Assembly: GCA_030390025.1 (NCBI GenBank)
Contig: CM059432.1
Coordinates: 53,570,001-53,634,000 of the forward strand
Length of the DNA: 64,000 nucleotides
DNA from: Squalus acanthias
Taxonomy: Eukaryota
Reading direction: 5' to 3'
Of this stretch, positions 61,046-64,000 are shown piece by piece. Within the stretch, counting starts at the first letter, position 1; every line of letters begins with the position of its first letter. The notes beneath the pieces are model-generated. The model was not told where the DNA came from and made no database searches. It saw only the letters and a list, made by a program, of their open reading frames with translations. Made by a program: the position numbers and the translations under genes.

Positions 61046-62661
61046 AGGCCTGAATCTTTACCTTGGAGTTGGGTTGCATGCGTGCGGGCCGCGTAGCAGG
61101 TCGGGAACCTGAAGATGTGAACAGCATGTTCTGCACTGCGCGTTTAACTTAATGGCCCCAATTAAAACAGTCATGGGCATTTCCGGCTGAATTCAATGGA
61201 GCGGGTCTGATGACGTCACCGATGACTCATTTACAGCGCGAATATTTAAAGCAGCCTGGCACACATCTCATTTGTAGCTTGATGTAGGAGTGCAGAAGGT
61301 GGTTTCCAGAGACCTCAGTAACGCAATAGAACTGATAAAACTGTGGGTCATGGAGACAAGGTCATGCCAAAATTCACCAATGCCTCCCTGGAAGTTCTGG
61401 TGCAGGCAGTAAGAGCACGCATGGAGGTCCTCTTCCCTGGTGATCAACGAAAACGACCACCCAAAGACACAAGAAGGGCATGGCTGGAGATCACAGAGGA
61501 GGTCAGTAGCAGGAATGTCATCAGGAGGACGTGGATCCAGTGCCGCAAAAGATTCAATGATCTCATGAGGTCAGGAAAGGTGAGTGCAATGCCACACTCA
61601 CCTACATCCTGATGGGCCTGTCACCACAACCCCATCACTCTGCCTTCCCAAGCCTACTCCTGCACGTCACTCCTCACACCAACCTACCTTGCAGGTCCAC
61701 CCATCCCTCTCTGTCTATGTATATACTCACATCCCCATCTGACTAACCACCACTGACACTCACCCTCATTCTAATGCAATCGTAACAAGTTACAGCACAG
61801 AAGGAGGTCATTTGGCAATGTCACGCCACTCCCTCATAGTTACCCTCTACAGATATAACCCATTTATTCCTTACACTCATTCCATCACTCTCACTCAAAG
61901 ATCTCTTCTTTCACTCCTTGCAGAAGAGAGCCCACAACAATAGGGAGAGGCAGAGATCCAGAGGTGGCCCTCCAGTCTTCAGTCAACTGACTCCAGCAGA
62001 GGAGGAGGCCCTAGAGATCTCTTGAGTTGCAGAGCTGCTGGCGGTGGGAGACGGAGAGAGGGGGAGCTCCCAGCATCCTGGTTACAGAATTAAATCTCAT
62101 ACAGCTACATGGCATACAACAGTCACTCATATGATGACTGATGTCAGCATCCAGTGAAATGTCATCATGTGCATAATAGTAACTTTACCCATTCTTAATA
62201 TAACACTTCTAATTCATCTCTTTACTCTCCCACAGGTCCGTCAAGCTCCCCCCACCCCCACTGTCCAGCCGAAGGAGGAAGACGACTCCTCAGAGAAAGC
62301 TCTATTCTCTGAGGGTGCACCATCAGCAGACACATGCACCAGTGCAGATACGCACACCTCAGTGGGTCCTATGTGAGATAGAGTAGTGTTGTCACCTGGT
62401 GTCTCTCACATCACAAGTGAGCAAGAGCAGATGGTGTTGACAGGGACAACAGTGGAGACCCCTCGCCGGAGAATGGAGGAGTCCATCTCCAACATGAGCA
62501 TCACCATCTCGCAGGTGATGGCGACGATGTGTTGTTCCATGGAAAGGATGGCCACCTACGTTGAGCAGCAAATGCGCTAGTCACACAAGAACATGCCTGC
62601 TGTGGACAACAGATGGCAGACGCTCATCGACCTCACCTCGAGGAGGGATATAAACGTAGAC
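61046..62661 (+). mobile_element. Truncated Harbinger element J (terminus plus Myb-like gene)
   Basis: End AGGCCTGAATCTT. PKFTNASLEVLV...AWLEI...TWIQCRKRFNDLMRSGK|gtgagt, followed by exons 2-3. Confidence 0.85.
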
Positions 62662-62724
62662 ATAAAAACAGAAAATGCTAGAAATACTCAGCAGGTCAGG
62701 CAGCATCTGTGGAGAGAGAAACAG

Positions 62725-62761
62725 AGTTAATGTTTCAGGTCAATGACCCTTCGTCAGAACC
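62725..62761 (-). ncRNA. Minimal hammerhead motif variant within repeat 62662-62761
   Basis: Minus strand GGUU-CUGACGA-AGGGUCAUUGACCU-GAAACAUU-AACU. Confidence 0.55.
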
Positions 62762-62914
62762 ATTCTGCCCTTGTTGTTTCTTAGCTCTACCCAAAGTGAT
62801 TCTCTCCACTGTTTTTATCCCATCGTTTATTATCATTTTCCATTTTGCCTATCTCTTCTAAAAGTCAAGTATCCTGGAATATTTAGTTCCCAACCTTGGT
62901 CACTCTGCAACCAT

Positions 62915-63743
62915 GGGGGCAATTTTGCCAGCCCTGGGGAGGCGGGTTTGAGGCGGGACTGCCGGGAATATGGCAGAATCTGGGGGCGGGTACCCATCCT
63001 GCCCCCAACCCGCCTCCGTGCCATCTTCCCAGGAGGTGGGTACCTAACTCGCGTCGGGTCCTGTCTCCTCGAGGCGGGAAGGGGATTACAGCCACTTAAC
63101 TGCCTGTTAACAAAGAGTTAACAGGCAGTTAAGAGGATTATCCCCATTTTTCCAACAGAAGTACGGGCTTCCCAACGTCGGGACACCCCGCCAGCGAGGC
63201 GAGTAGTGGGTCTGCGGGGGTCGGAGGGGCTGAAAAGTGCGCTGTGGAGGTGAGTGATGGGTGCAAGTGTGGAGAGGTAAGTATGTGAGGTGAGTGAAAA
63301 GTGATAGAGAAAGTTTCCTTCCCTTTGTTTCTTCCTGCAGTCTTCAATCGTTGGGGATCCGGAGTCTCCGGCATCTCCACGGCAGAGATGACAGAATGGC
63401 TGCTGCATTCTCCGATGCAACAGCCATCTGCTTTCTGCTCAGGAAATAGGTTTGGTGAACATTGAGTACAAGAACTCACCAAACAACAAAGAATGTCAGT
63501 GTTTGACAGCTTCTCAAAGCTGTCAAACGATGACAATTCATCTGTCAAAAATTGAAACGTCATACGCTGACGTTCTCTGTCACCGGCTTTCCCTTAATTG
63601 GCCTGCTAAGCCCGCTGGGCGGGCTTAACAAGGTCAATCAAGGGAAAATAGCGTGGGTTGGCTGGACGTCGATGGAGGTGGGACTAAAACCCGACAAGCA
63701 GCAGTCCCGCCTCCAACGCGCCCCCATTGGCAAAATCAGCCCC
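62915..63743. mobile_element. Non-autonomous Harbinger-like MITE in CR1
   Basis: TIRs GGGGGCAATTTTGCCA / rc GGGGCTGATTTTGCCA and TSD CAT (62912-62914, 63744-63746). CR1 rejoins as tgcaacCATgtctctg. Confidence 0.85.
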
Positions 63744-64000
63744 CATGTCTCTGTAATGGCTATTAGATCAAGCCCATTTATTTCTATCTATGCTATTGAT
63801 TTATCGATTTTGTTGCGAATGCTTCACGCATTCAGATATAATGCCTGCAGCTTTAACTTTTTTCTATTTTTCCCTGATGTTATCTTAGTCACTGATGCCC
63901 TATTACCTTTGTTGAGCTCTCTATCCCTTCCTGATCCACTCTGCTTATTTTTACCCAAATCGCTCCTCAGTAAGTATATGCACTTAACTATTTGAATTGC

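Larger units (their letters stand above)
59336..63970 (-). mobile_element. Decayed CR1 (59336-61045, 62762-62914, 63744-~63970) with nested insertions
   Basis: 3' tail, RT motifs (YINDL, FADDTKL) and APE N-terminus (QGWELNIPGY). Confidence 0.88.

Overview
Vertebrate intergenic or intronic DNA, most likely from a cartilaginous fish (inferred from the repeat families, not from a database match). It is almost entirely nested transposable elements, and no host protein-coding gene could be supported. Content: (1) many CR1 LINE copies, including one with intact ORF1 and ORF2 (32917-36918); (2) a second, single-ORF APE-RT LINE family whose full-length copy (42558-45802) starts with a tRNA-derived Pol III head inside its target-site duplication (TSD); (3) about 15 PIF/Harbinger-derived elements, including two-gene copies with a spliced Myb/SANT-like gene convergent on a HARBI1-type DDE transposase, plus short non-autonomous derivatives; (4) a 1.1-kb solo LTR; (5) L2 and DeuSINE fragments; (6) three copies of a short repeat carrying a minimal hammerhead-ribozyme motif. 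The most notable signals are the tRNA-headed LINE, the hammerhead motifs, a conserved U-UUA-AAC -1 frameshift junction between CR1 ORF1 and ORF2, and conserved AT-hook and RRSxR motifs in the Harbinger accessory protein. Most short ORFs in the supplied track are antisense or out-of-frame shadows of these repeats.
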